From positions 1 to 48,627 of the forward strand of contig CAXRJJ010000052.1 in assembly GCA_964230945.1 (NCBI GenBank): a stretch of DNA of 48,627 nt. Direction: 5' to 3'. Both the position numbers and the translations under genes were made by a program. This DNA is from Yoonia sp. (GTDB lineage Archaea > Thermoplasmatota > Poseidoniia > Poseidoniales > Poseidoniaceae). The stretch's first letter is position 1; each line of letters opens with the position of its first letter. Positions 28,952-37,603 of this stretch are shown here, in pieces. The notes beneath the pieces are model-generated. The model made no database searches. It had not been told where the DNA came from and worked only from the letters and a program-made list of their open reading frames with translations.

Positions 28952-29539
28952 TCACTTTTTCTTGAACCAAGGCATGTCTGAAACACTTTTTGGGACGTTG
29001 ATTGTTCTACTCTTTTTGTCGTCCGCCTTTGGTTTGGACTTTGTCTTCTTTCTTGCGGCAGGGTTACTCTTTTTCGCCGCCTTACTGGGAGATTTCTTAG
29101 CACTGGACTTTGCCTTTGGTTTGCTTGCTTTCGCCTTGCTTTGTTTCTTTGTTGATTTGCTCTCAGCTTTCTTTGAACTAGCTTTGGCTTTGCTTTCTTT
29201 TGGAATTGCGGGAGTGGTCGTGGCAATTGCCTTCGCCCTCTTTGTTGCCGCTGCTTTCTTTGCTGCAGTCTTTCTCTTTGCAGCAGCAGAGGTCCGCTTC
29301 TTAGTCGCTGCTGCTTTCTTTGCAGCCGCTTCTTCTTCCGCTTTCTTCTTCGCCGCAGCGTTTCGCTTTCTTGTAGCAGCAGCCTTCTTTGCCGTCGCTG
29401 ATCTTTTTGCGGCCGCTTCTTCTTCCGCTTTCTTCTTCGCCGCAGCGTTCCGCTTTCGTGTTTCTGCCGCTTTCTTTGCTGCAGTAGATTTTGATTTACC
29501 GCCACTCTTGCTCGAGGAAGACTTCTTCTTAGCCACCAT
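28952..29539 (-). CDS. Lys/Ala-rich histone H1-like protein
   Basis: AAKKAA repeats, strongly basic low-complexity sequence, ends DMPWFKKK. Confidence 0.75.
   Translation of the reverse strand: MVAKKKSSSSKSGGKSKSTAAKKAAETRKRNAAAKKKAEEEAAAKRSATAKKAAATRKRNAAAKKKAEEEAAAKKAAATKKRTSAAAKRKTAAKKAAATKRAKAIATTTPAIPKESKAKASSKKAESKSTKKQSKAKASKPKAKSSAKKSPSKAAKKSNPAARKKTKSKPKADDKKSRTINVPKSVSDMPWFKKK
29325..29449. repeat. 38-bp exact direct repeat within the H1-like gene (87-bp period)
   Basis: GCCGCTTCTTCTTCCGCTTTCTTCTTCGCCGCAGCGTT at 29325-29362 and 29412-29449. Confidence 0.85.
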
Positions 29540-29543
29540 TCCA

Positions 29544-29568
29544 CCTGAGCCCCCGTTGGGGGTTCAGG
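29544..29568. promoter_or_regulatory. Inverted repeat just upstream of the H1-like gene
   Basis: CCTGAGCCCCC-GTT-GGGGGTTCAGG: 11-bp arms with one mismatch. Confidence 0.5.
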
Positions 29569-29612
29569 ATTTCAATATGACCTAACGAATCAAATTCTAA
29601 CACAATGATGAT

Positions 29613-30647
29613 GTGTACAATCTTCTTCCTCATTTTGTGTCCCAAGAGGATTCTGAATCTATTCTCAGCCTCGACGCGAGAAATACTGTGTTATGGGCGC
29701 AGGTGCGTAAGGCGAAAGACGAATTTGGAATAGAAGACGATGGGGACGCAGGAATCCTACGTCCATCTAGGCACCCTAAAGCAGGCTCAAGCATTATTCT
29801 CGGAGATATCATGACGATGTTGATGCGGGTATTTGGTGCCCATGCTCCTCCAACAATCGTTGAGTTACCAGGATTTGATGAGCAGAGATGGAAGATTGAA
29901 TTTGGTGATGAAGAGGTACGTGTCGAGGTTGAGAGTAGACCTTATTGGGGATTTGGCTTGTTTGCCTCATCATTTTACAATAGAATCACGCTTTCTGGTC
30001 CAATCGACAGAAGATGCAGGCTGGTTCTTGATCTTGCATCAGCAATAGGCAGACCTCCATGGGAGCCTGTACGTAGAGGACGTTGGGTCAAAGTCACTGG
30101 AATGGATGCCGAACAGCATTCAAAACATTGGAATCTGCACATGAACCATTGTAGAACAGGATTCAAGGCTGAGATGGAGAAACGGGAGCAACGAATCAAC
30201 GAGATGGAGAAGAAATTGACCAATTTAGACGAAGAGGAATACCCTGGATATGATAGGAGAGCCGGGAAATCAGCTGTCGAAAGAGCACTCAGAGATATTG
30301 ATGTTTCAAACAAGGCTTTGCATGAAGATAACGCTGCAGCGGTGGAAAGAGCATTGGCTCGAATTGATATCGCCCTGATTGAAGCAGATCCCTCTAATCA
30401 ATCTAGGAATGAAATGTTTCAGGAGGAGGAAGAATTAGCCTATGGTGCGGTAAGCGAAGAAGCGAATCTAGGCGATGTTCTCGCAGCCGCACCTAGTATG
30501 CCCGAAGACGATCCCTCAATACAAGTTCAACAAAACGAAGAAATGCCGATAGAAACAGGTGCTACGGCGGATGATTTATTGCTGTATAATGCCGAAAAAG
30601 AAGAAGAAATTCCCTTTGTAGACCTTTCAATCAGCGAAGAAGAATGA
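29613..30647 (+). CDS. Hypothetical protein (coiled-coil, acidic C-terminus)
   Basis: 344-codon ORF filling the space. Start is uncertain. Confidence 0.75.
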   Translation: MYNLLPHFVSQEDSESILSLDARNTVLWAQVRKAKDEFGIEDDGDAGILRPSRHPKAGSSIILGDIMTMLMRVFGAHAPPTIVELPGFDEQRWKIEFGDEEVRVEVESRPYWGFGLFASSFYNRITLSGPIDRRCRLVLDLASAIGRPPWEPVRRGRWVKVTGMDAEQHSKHWNLHMNHCRTGFKAEMEKREQRINEMEKKLTNLDEEEYPGYDRRAGKSAVERALRDIDVSNKALHEDNAAAVERALARIDIALIEADPSNQSRNEMFQEEEELAYGAVSEEANLGDVLAAAPSMPEDDPSIQVQQNEEMPIETGATADDLLLYNAEKEEEIPFVDLSISEEE

Positions 30648-30666
30648 ATCATCATTCCCCGTCGCG

Positions 30667-30680
30667 TTGAAATAGGGATG
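30667..30680 (+). promoter_or_regulatory. Putative promoter element TTGAAATAGGGATG of Sec61beta
   Basis: Identical to the rps8e upstream 14-mer. Ends 26 nt before the ATG. Confidence 0.6.
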
Positions 30681-30706
30681 GCATTTCGCCGGCACGCTGG
30701 TCTACC

Positions 30707-30901
30707 ATGGCGGTCAAGAAGAGCAAGAAGGATGGCAGCGGAATCCAACAGGCTGCGGGCCTTATCAGATACTTCGATGAAGAATCGGAAGATGCTTGGC
30801 ATTTTACCAAGGGGCAAGTGTATGCTGCCTGCATTCTGCTTTCGACAGGAATTTATCTGGCCAACCACGGTGTGCTGAGTTGGTTCTTTGGAATTTTCTG
30901 A
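30707..30901 (+). CDS. secG: Preprotein translocase subunit Sec61beta (archaeal SecG/beta)
   Basis: AAGLIRYFDEE signature followed by a single TM helix. Confidence 0.88.
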   Translation: MAVKKSKKDGSGIQQAAGLIRYFDEESEDAWHFTKGQVYAACILLSTGIYLANHGVLSWFFGIF

Positions 30902-30903
30902 AA

Positions 30904-31248
30904 TCACAGATTAGGTTCAATCAGTACAACCTGTCCTTCAGAGGCCATTTCTTTCGCTAACGCCATAGCGGTATCGAAATCTGCTGTACAACCAAGTGGT
31001 TGCGGCTTTCCATCTTCTCCTTGAATCATCAATCTGTGCGATAATGAAGCCAATACTTCCGCACTGACTTGCTCCCAAATCCATTCTTCATCTTCAACAG
31101 TGATCATTGCTGGCACCCGCATCCTTGGTCCTTCTTCTAGACGACTTCTCTTGGCTCGTCCTCCAATGTTCAACATCCGTTTCATTCCATGACGAAACTG
31201 TACTTTTCTGTCTTTTTCAATCCCTTCGCGAAAGGCTCTCCCCATCAT
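30904..31248 (-). CDS. Hypothetical protein
   Basis: 114-codon ORF convergent with Sec61beta. Confidence 0.65.
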   Translation of the reverse strand: MMGRAFREGIEKDRKVQFRHGMKRMLNIGGRAKRSRLEEGPRMRVPAMITVEDEEWIWEQVSAEVLASLSHRLMIQGEDGKPQPLGCTADFDTAMALAKEMASEGQVVLIEPNL

Positions 31249-31362
31249 TCATCCCATCCTGGGAACCTTGATTCCCAACTCTCAGGCCATTCTTTGCATT
31301 GATAATAGTTAGGGAATGAAAAGAAACGCCACGGCAATTGAGCAACCAATTCACAGATTCCG

Positions 31363-32775
31363 TCAATCTATGTGTTCAGGCCATGCGTGAACCAGGATTC
31401 CTGGAATTAATGTGCTAATGAACAAAACTGGAAGTATCGCAATTAAGCCGATAATATCGAAAGCGAATAAGAACAACAACAGAATCAAGGTCAAATCGGT
31501 CAATAGGATTGTAATAACCCAATTTTTCTTCCTTTTTTTGGAAAGCCGTACATCCTTCTCGAACATTGGAGGGATTATTGCAGCAAAAGAAAGAGCTGGC
31601 AGTAGAGTCAATGCTAGCAATGCTGAGCGAGGCTCCCACAGGGCCAGCGCAGGTGTTCCAGCCATCAACATCACAGTCCATCCCCACAATTCGGCACGCG
31701 GTCTATCGTCAAAACCTACCAATGGTAACAACATTCCAACCGCTCCTAGGAGAATTAATGGCATTGCCAATTTAGCTAACAACGCAGTTGCTCCCCATGA
31801 TGCATCCACCCCTGGAAGGCCGGCCAATAGGCACCATCCGCCGACCAACAATAGGAACAATGTGTGTCCGATGGTAGCGGCTAGGCCTTTCCATCGATCG
31901 CTGCCTATTCTTGTGCGATGAGCACTTACTGCAGCAGCGTGTAAAGAACAACTACTGAGAATCAGTGTGCCACAAAAAGCCAACATGAATGCGGTTCTTC
32001 TCCCGTGTGCCGAATCTAGTACCAAATCACTGAGGGCCATGCCATCGGAAACCGTATTCAAATCATCCATGGTTAATCCCAAGAGAATGGCAGAGATTGG
32101 CATAGCAACAAACCATCCTGTTCCTGGATGAGGTCTTGAGATGGTATCTGGCCATCTAGCGGGGCATGTCACGTCCGTCAAATGTAGAATACCAAACCCG
32201 ATCAACCAACCGCCCAACAGTAATGTTGGTGCCATAATCAAAACATTCCACATGGAAGGTGGAGCAGGGACTTCTGCAGGGATGACCAAATTCCCTGTTT
32301 CAGGAAAAGGGTCTGATGGAAGCAAAGCGAACATCATCAGGCACCAAAAAACACCGAACCAAATGAGTACTCCATCATGCATTCGGTGGCTATCTCCTGC
32401 AATATCGCCTCCTTCATCTAGAACAGAAGTTGTTACTGCTAGGTGCAGTCCGAGCCCTAGCATGACAAGTAATGCCCAAGTTGTCCAACCAGTCATCGCC
32501 ACCGCTAATCTACTGATTAGAGAGTATTCTTCAGTCAGCCGCATTGCAACCCTTTGATGGTCAGTATCAAGACTGAGGTGGGCAATGATATCGAAAACTA
32601 ATGCTAGTCCTACCAATATGCCTGGAAACCAAGGTAAGTAATGGTCTATCTTACTCCAGATGGGGTGATGAGCGTTATCAAAACGCATGTGAATCATTGG
32701 CCAGAATGGCAGGAATGCTGCCACCAATAAAGAGAGGAAAGCGGGCCATTCAGGTGACAACAGACCCCCCGCCAT
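31363..32775 (-). CDS. Polytopic membrane protein of unknown function
   Basis: More than 10 hydrophobic segments. Start reassigned to ATG at 32775. Confidence 0.78.
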   Translation of the reverse strand: MAGGLLSPEWPAFLSLLVAAFLPFWPMIHMRFDNAHHPIWSKIDHYLPWFPGILVGLALVFDIIAHLSLDTDHQRVAMRLTEEYSLISRLAVAMTGWTTWALLVMLGLGLHLAVTTSVLDEGGDIAGDSHRMHDGVLIWFGVFWCLMMFALLPSDPFPETGNLVIPAEVPAPPSMWNVLIMAPTLLLGGWLIGFGILHLTDVTCPARWPDTISRPHPGTGWFVAMPISAILLGLTMDDLNTVSDGMALSDLVLDSAHGRRTAFMLAFCGTLILSSCSLHAAAVSAHRTRIGSDRWKGLAATIGHTLFLLLVGGWCLLAGLPGVDASWGATALLAKLAMPLILLGAVGMLLPLVGFDDRPRAELWGWTVMLMAGTPALALWEPRSALLALTLLPALSFAAIIPPMFEKDVRLSKKRKKNWVITILLTDLTLILLLFLFAFDIIGLIAILPVLFISTLIPGILVHAWPEHID

Positions 32776-32874
32776 ACCACTTGGGCAAAGTCTCGATTCA
32801 TCAATGAGCCGCCTGTTTCGTTTGCATAGGCTCATTTGCTGTTTCCTTACCGAAGGGTCGTGTTCGATGCTCAG

Positions 32875-34422
32875 GTGGCGAAAGAAAGTCCCTTACTCAA
32901 ATTAGTAGAGAGTTTGGGTCATTCCGTTGAAGAATGGCTATCTTATTGTATTGAAGATCTACCAGAAACCCTCCGTATTAACACATTGCGCAAGGATGAG
33001 GAATGGACTAGGAATCAACTTGAATCCATGGGTGGAACTGCATATTCTTGGTTTCCGGACGCATACAAAATGCCTTGGCAAAGAGGCACGATACCCGAAC
33101 AATTCCGTGACCTGTACATTGCTTTACATGAAACAGGCAGAATCACCCGGCAAGAAGCTGCATCTATGCTGCCTGTTCTTTGTTTGCAGCCTGAATCAAA
33201 CGAAAGAGTACTGGATATGTGTGCGGCCCCCGGCTCAAAAACAACTCAGATTGGCGAGAGGATGGATGATTCAGGAGTCTTGGTTGCCAACGACGTTTCT
33301 TCTTCTCGCCTGAATACATTGGTCAGTAACCGTTCTCGCATCGGCCTATTCAATACGGTCCTATGTCGTCATGATGGCAGACATTTCCCTGCAGTTCCAG
33401 ACCCAGGTTTCGATGCTATTTTGGTAGATGCTCCATGTACAGGAAGTGCTACAGTTCGTAAGAATAGGCATGTTTGGAAGAATTGGAAAGAAGAATCCGG
33501 TTGGTCGTTGAGAAGATTGCAGGAGGACATTCTGAAACGGGCATGTTCCTTGTTGAAACCGGGTGGGCGATTGGTCTATTCAACGTGCTCATTTGATCCA
33601 GTTGAGAACGAAGGCGTAGTCTCTCAAATCCTCTCCGAATTAGATTACATAGAAGTACAGGAAATCGATGTAAAACAGGTCCTTCCAGGACTCAAATTGA
33701 GAAATGGAATCTGCAATTGGAAAAATGAAAAAGTCAATTGGGAAGATAAGAGGTTAAAGCACTCCTTGAGGCTTGCTCCTGAAGACAATGATACTGGGGG
33801 ATTTTTCCTTGTGTTATTGAAGCACGTTGGGACTGAAGACACAGCTCAAGCCATGTTGCCCAAAAAGCCAAGATTGGAGATGGAAGAAGTACCTCCTCCC
33901 AAAATGGATACTCGACTTCCATCTCCCGCCGAAGAGGCTGAAATCTCTGAATTGGCGAACCGTTGGGGAATCGATGAAACCTATTCTTGGTGGAAAAGAG
34001 GCAAGAAATTCTCTTTATCGACTCTGGATGTCAAGCATTGGCTATGGGATTCTAAGCGTACCATAAAGCGCAGAGCAACCCAATCTGGTGGTGGATGGAA
34101 ACCCCTGAATGTTATCCATGCTGGTGCTACAGCATTTCAACCTTCAAAGAACGGATCAAGACCACGTTCTGAAGTCAAGCCTTTGTTTGAGCAACTTGGA
34201 ACGAACACTCATCAGGTCTCAGACGAATTGATTTTGGAGTTACTCGAACAAGGTAATGCAAGTTCTGAATTAACTGCTGAAGTACAAGGATTTGTTTTCC
34301 TTTCCAGTCCATGCGATATACTCATTCCTGCTTGGGCAGGTCAACATTTCAGTTTGATGATCGATGATGCAGAACGGATTATTTTGTTGCAACAGATGAG
34401 GATGAAGGCAGAGGATTCATGA
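32875..34422 (+). CDS. RsmB/NOP2 family RNA m5C methyltransferase
   Basis: QEAASMLP, DMCAAPGSKT, DAPCTG, YSTCS..P.ENE, GGFF. Probable GTG start at 32875. Confidence 0.92.
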   Translation: MAKESPLLKLVESLGHSVEEWLSYCIEDLPETLRINTLRKDEEWTRNQLESMGGTAYSWFPDAYKMPWQRGTIPEQFRDLYIALHETGRITRQEAASMLPVLCLQPESNERVLDMCAAPGSKTTQIGERMDDSGVLVANDVSSSRLNTLVSNRSRIGLFNTVLCRHDGRHFPAVPDPGFDAILVDAPCTGSATVRKNRHVWKNWKEESGWSLRRLQEDILKRACSLLKPGGRLVYSTCSFDPVENEGVVSQILSELDYIEVQEIDVKQVLPGLKLRNGICNWKNEKVNWEDKRLKHSLRLAPEDNDTGGFFLVLLKHVGTEDTAQAMLPKKPRLEMEEVPPPKMDTRLPSPAEEAEISELANRWGIDETYSWWKRGKKFSLSTLDVKHWLWDSKRTIKRRATQSGGGWKPLNVIHAGATAFQPSKNGSRPRSEVKPLFEQLGTNTHQVSDELILELLEQGNASSELTAEVQGFVFLSSPCDILIPAWAGQHFSLMIDDAERIILLQQMRMKAEDS

Positions 34423-35753
34423 CTTTGATTCGACTGGCCAAGATGATGGTGCGTGGAATGCTGACCAGACCCACCATCGCCATATTTCTGGCAATCATGT
34501 TATTCCCAATGGTTTCCGCCGAAGAAGAAAATCAGGAAAAATACGTTTTATCCAAGGTCATAGTACCTGATGATGGCGCCACTGCTCCATTGATAGAATG
34601 GTTCTGCCATCATGACAACAGTATTTGCACAAAATTCCAATCTGATAATTCATGGGCTCAGGATCAGGATGAAGGAATGGTATGGCTATCATGGCACCCT
34701 TCTCGCGGTATTGATGATCCGATGGCAAATCTCGACTCTAGCATGAGGGCTGAGAATTTACGGGCCGAAGTGCCCGCCATTAGGGTCGATCTTCAACCGT
34801 TGTCGGGAATTGAAGACGGGGCTGATTTTGATCCAAAAAATGCAGGTTTAGCACTGAATGGCACGACTCCAGGCGCCGGAGGCATAGTAGCAGCTGAACT
34901 TCCCTTAGAGGTCACATTAATTGACATAAATGGGGATGAAATTGTAGATGAGATTCAGGTGGAAAGCGACCTCAAGCCTTTGTATAATCTTTCCAAGGAT
35001 GTTGTTTTGAACATTGCATTGGTCGAATGGCACCCCGAGATTTGGAATGAGGGAATACGTCCTCCACATGTAGTTAGAGAGTGGACTGCAACCCAGGCAT
35101 TTTCAAAGCGTGAGCAAAATATTACGCATGTCGTGACAGGGTTTGGCAGCGAACATCTTGCGGCAGCGAATATCAATATCGATGTCGATGATGCAAATCG
35201 ATGGGGCATAGTTGCATTCCTTGAGGGGCACATTAGCGCGGAAGGAGATGCTGCTGGCGGAGACCCACCACCAGGCCTACCTTCTCAAGTTCTTGCAATG
35301 ACAGACATGCATCTACCGACAATGTGGGAAGGAACTTCTTCAAGTCAGGCAATGCCTCGTCTTGGGTTCCTAGCATTTTCACTAATTTGTGTCATTATCA
35401 TCATTATCACTGAAAGGCAAAGAGAACACGCTTTGCCTCGAATAACTGGCAAATTGTTTAGGGAGGAAGATGGTGAGAATGGAGAGCACAACTTGGTTGC
35501 TAAGATCGAAGTTCGGTGTGGTAAGTACGATGCGCGAATTGAGAAAGTAGCCATAGATGACCCTTGGAAAATGCGGAGAAGAACCGATATCGATCAAGTC
35601 AGGTCTGGAAGCGTACATACATTCGACATTCAGATTCGCGGCAATCCCGAAGATCAAGTGGAAATTATAGTAATCAGGTTCTCTTTGGAAGTTGAGACTT
35701 TTGGTAATTGGGTAATGGACCTTAATTTGTCAATTCCTTCTCTGACAATTTGA
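34419..35753 (+). CDS. Membrane-anchored protein with Omp28-related/thioredoxin-like ectodomain and a cytoplasmic beta domain
   Basis: Signal peptide, LIEWFC..C, WLSWH, NIALVE...HVVRE pattern, then a TM helix. ATGA overlap with the upstream gene. Confidence 0.65.
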   Translation: MTLIRLAKMMVRGMLTRPTIAIFLAIMLFPMVSAEEENQEKYVLSKVIVPDDGATAPLIEWFCHHDNSICTKFQSDNSWAQDQDEGMVWLSWHPSRGIDDPMANLDSSMRAENLRAEVPAIRVDLQPLSGIEDGADFDPKNAGLALNGTTPGAGGIVAAELPLEVTLIDINGDEIVDEIQVESDLKPLYNLSKDVVLNIALVEWHPEIWNEGIRPPHVVREWTATQAFSKREQNITHVVTGFGSEHLAAANINIDVDDANRWGIVAFLEGHISAEGDAAGGDPPPGLPSQVLAMTDMHLPTMWEGTSSSQAMPRLGFLAFSLICVIIIIITERQREHALPRITGKLFREEDGENGEHNLVAKIEVRCGKYDARIEKVAIDDPWKMRRRTDIDQVRSGSVHTFDIQIRGNPEDQVEIIVIRFSLEVETFGNWVMDLNLSIPSLTI

Positions 35754-35840
35754 ACAAATCTATTGTTTCACCACACAATCTCCCCCCTTACTCCTTCATA
35801 TGTTCAAAAACCCTTGATTTTTGGTGGCGAACGTTCATTA

Positions 35841-35856
35841 GCCGTAGTACTACGGC
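35841..35856. promoter_or_regulatory. Perfect 16-bp palindrome upstream of the Lrp gene
   Basis: GCCGTAGTACTACGGC, 20 nt before the ATG. Confidence 0.5.
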
Positions 35857-35876
35857 CAGTTCACCGGGGAGTGAAA

Positions 35877-36329
35877 ATGGACTTGGATGAGGTCGATCGC
35901 AAGATGATTCTGGCATTAATCGAGGAACCCAAGGCTAGTTTGCGTACTTTAGCCTCTGAAGTAGGTATAGCCTTAGGAACTGCTTCTGTACGCCTGAAAT
36001 CTTTACAGGAAAAGGGGGTAATCCGCGGCTGGAGCGTCGATTTAGACCCTCAAGCTATTGGATGGGAGATGTGCGTCATTGTTGGACTAAGGATTGAGAA
36101 AGGTAAGATGATGGATGTTCAACAGAGAATCGCTTCAGACCCCAGAGTCTTTTCCGTTTACGATGTCACTGGAGATTTCGATAGTATTGTCATGGCTAGA
36201 ATAAGGAATAGGCAAGAGTTGAACGATTTGACCAAGGAAGTGTTTTCCATAGATGGTATAACCCGCTCCTTTACCCACGTAGTCATGAATACCGTCAAGG
36301 AATCAACGGTAACTCCACCATTTGAATGA
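35877..36329 (+). CDS. Lrp/AsnC family transcriptional regulator
   Basis: MDLDEVDRKMI..L HTH domain, VYDVTGDFD RAM domain. SD GGGGAGTGA. Confidence 0.93.
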   Translation: MDLDEVDRKMILALIEEPKASLRTLASEVGIALGTASVRLKSLQEKGVIRGWSVDLDPQAIGWEMCVIVGLRIEKGKMMDVQQRIASDPRVFSVYDVTGDFDSIVMARIRNRQELNDLTKEVFSIDGITRSFTHVVMNTVKESTVTPPFE

Positions 36330-36331
36330 TG

Positions 36332-36850
36332 TCAATCAATCTTGCCATCAGGATCTATTTCTGCTAATAATGGTAGCAATTCATCGGCCATCCCACGCAA
36401 ACTTTCCACCACTCTTGTTTCGGGTTTTAATGCCTTAATCAGTATCTTTCTAGTGTATTCATCAATGCTGATGTCGAAGGCCTTGAGACGTCTATTCAAT
36501 TCATTCTGTAAACGTCCACCTGTGCGGTCCCAATCCATCATTAGGATAATGGATTCTTTTCCATCTATGGGATTTTTATGTTCTAATCTCTCAGAAAACC
36601 AACCGGCTAATCGTTCGAGGGGCCACCCTCGATTGACTAGTTCGATAGGTCCTTCAAATCCAAGAGATCTCAAGGCACTCTTGTCTCTTTTTCCTTCTAC
36701 TAGAATCGGGCATTCAGAACCACCTTCATTTGCTGGTCTATTTCGGATACGTGCCTGAGCCAATACTTCAGCTACCAAGATTCTCCTTTCTTGAGCAGCA
36801 TTTCCATTTCCGCTGCGCGCCCGCTTAGAATCAAATCCTTTCTTGGACAC
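36332..36850 (-). CDS. Toprim-domain protein (small primase-like/RNase M5-like)
   Basis: ILVEGKRDKSALRSLG and IILMMDWDRTG motifs. Confidence 0.85.
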   Translation of the reverse strand: MSKKGFDSKRARSGNGNAAQERRILVAEVLAQARIRNRPANEGGSECPILVEGKRDKSALRSLGFEGPIELVNRGWPLERLAGWFSERLEHKNPIDGKESIILMMDWDRTGGRLQNELNRRLKAFDISIDEYTRKILIKALKPETRVVESLRGMADELLPLLAEIDPDGKID

Positions 36851-36988
36851 CCAATCAACTCACTCTCCGCCTTAGCAAGAATTGCGGATGTATTGCTCCT
36901 TCGCTTCTACTTATTCTATCCTTGTTTCTATCAATTTGAACGAATGTCTGCGACTGCCTTATGTCGAAGTGGCCATTGCCCTGCTTTC

Positions 36989-37540
36989 ATGGAGTTGTCT
37001 CGTCAGTTCATATTGGTATTCACTTTCATCGTTGGACCTCTTGTATTGATTTCCTATGCATATGGTGTTTCGCGCCTTGACAAACCATCGGACCTTTGGG
37101 GAGGAGTACCAGAGTCTTGGCGCACTTACATCATTCCATTCATGTTTGCTGCGGCCATCGGATTTCTGATGTATTGGTATGTCGTATTCTTCCAATTTGA
37201 AGAATCAACAGTTGAATCCTTGAGGTGGCCTTGGGGGGAATCTGATGGAAATGGAACGAACCGATTGTTCCTTGCTCTTGCTCTTTTTCTTATTCCGTCT
37301 GCTCTTTGGATCGAATCGACAATTTTCCATGTAGGAAATGAATATTCTTGGACTCCGGCATTGGTAGTTGGAATCCTCGTTCTCGTTTCGGTGGGGAATG
37401 TTATGCTTGGGTTATTGGCCTATGGCGCATATCAGGATGGAGTGAGTGGGTCAGGCCTGATGCTAGTGGGCTCGATTCTATTGGCAATACAGTGCATATT
37501 GAACGATTTAATCGTCTGGGTATACAAGTTTCCATGGTGA
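36989..37540 (+). CDS. Hypothetical membrane protein
   Basis: About 5 TM segments, LWGGVP motif. Start reassigned to ATG at 36989. Confidence 0.75.
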   Translation: MELSRQFILVFTFIVGPLVLISYAYGVSRLDKPSDLWGGVPESWRTYIIPFMFAAAIGFLMYWYVVFFQFEESTVESLRWPWGESDGNGTNRLFLALALFLIPSALWIESTIFHVGNEYSWTPALVVGILVLVSVGNVMLGLLAYGAYQDGVSGSGLMLVGSILLAIQCILNDLIVWVYKFPW

Positions 37541-37603
37541 GTTTCGACGCCTCAAATCGCCTCTATCTTTGGCACACCTAAGGAGGGCGATTAGCAAACG
37601 TTC

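Noticed and set aside
28944-29585. 213-aa hydrophobic plus-strand ORF and 215-aa Arg/Gln-rich alternative frame
   Set aside because: Typical antisense and frameshifted shadows of an AAKK-rich gene.
31245-31349. Possible 34-aa minus-strand ORF (TTG start, ...CKEWPESWESRFPGWDE) whose stop overlaps the next ATG
   Set aside because: Short, weak start, no SD and no recognisable motif. It cannot be supported without conservation data.
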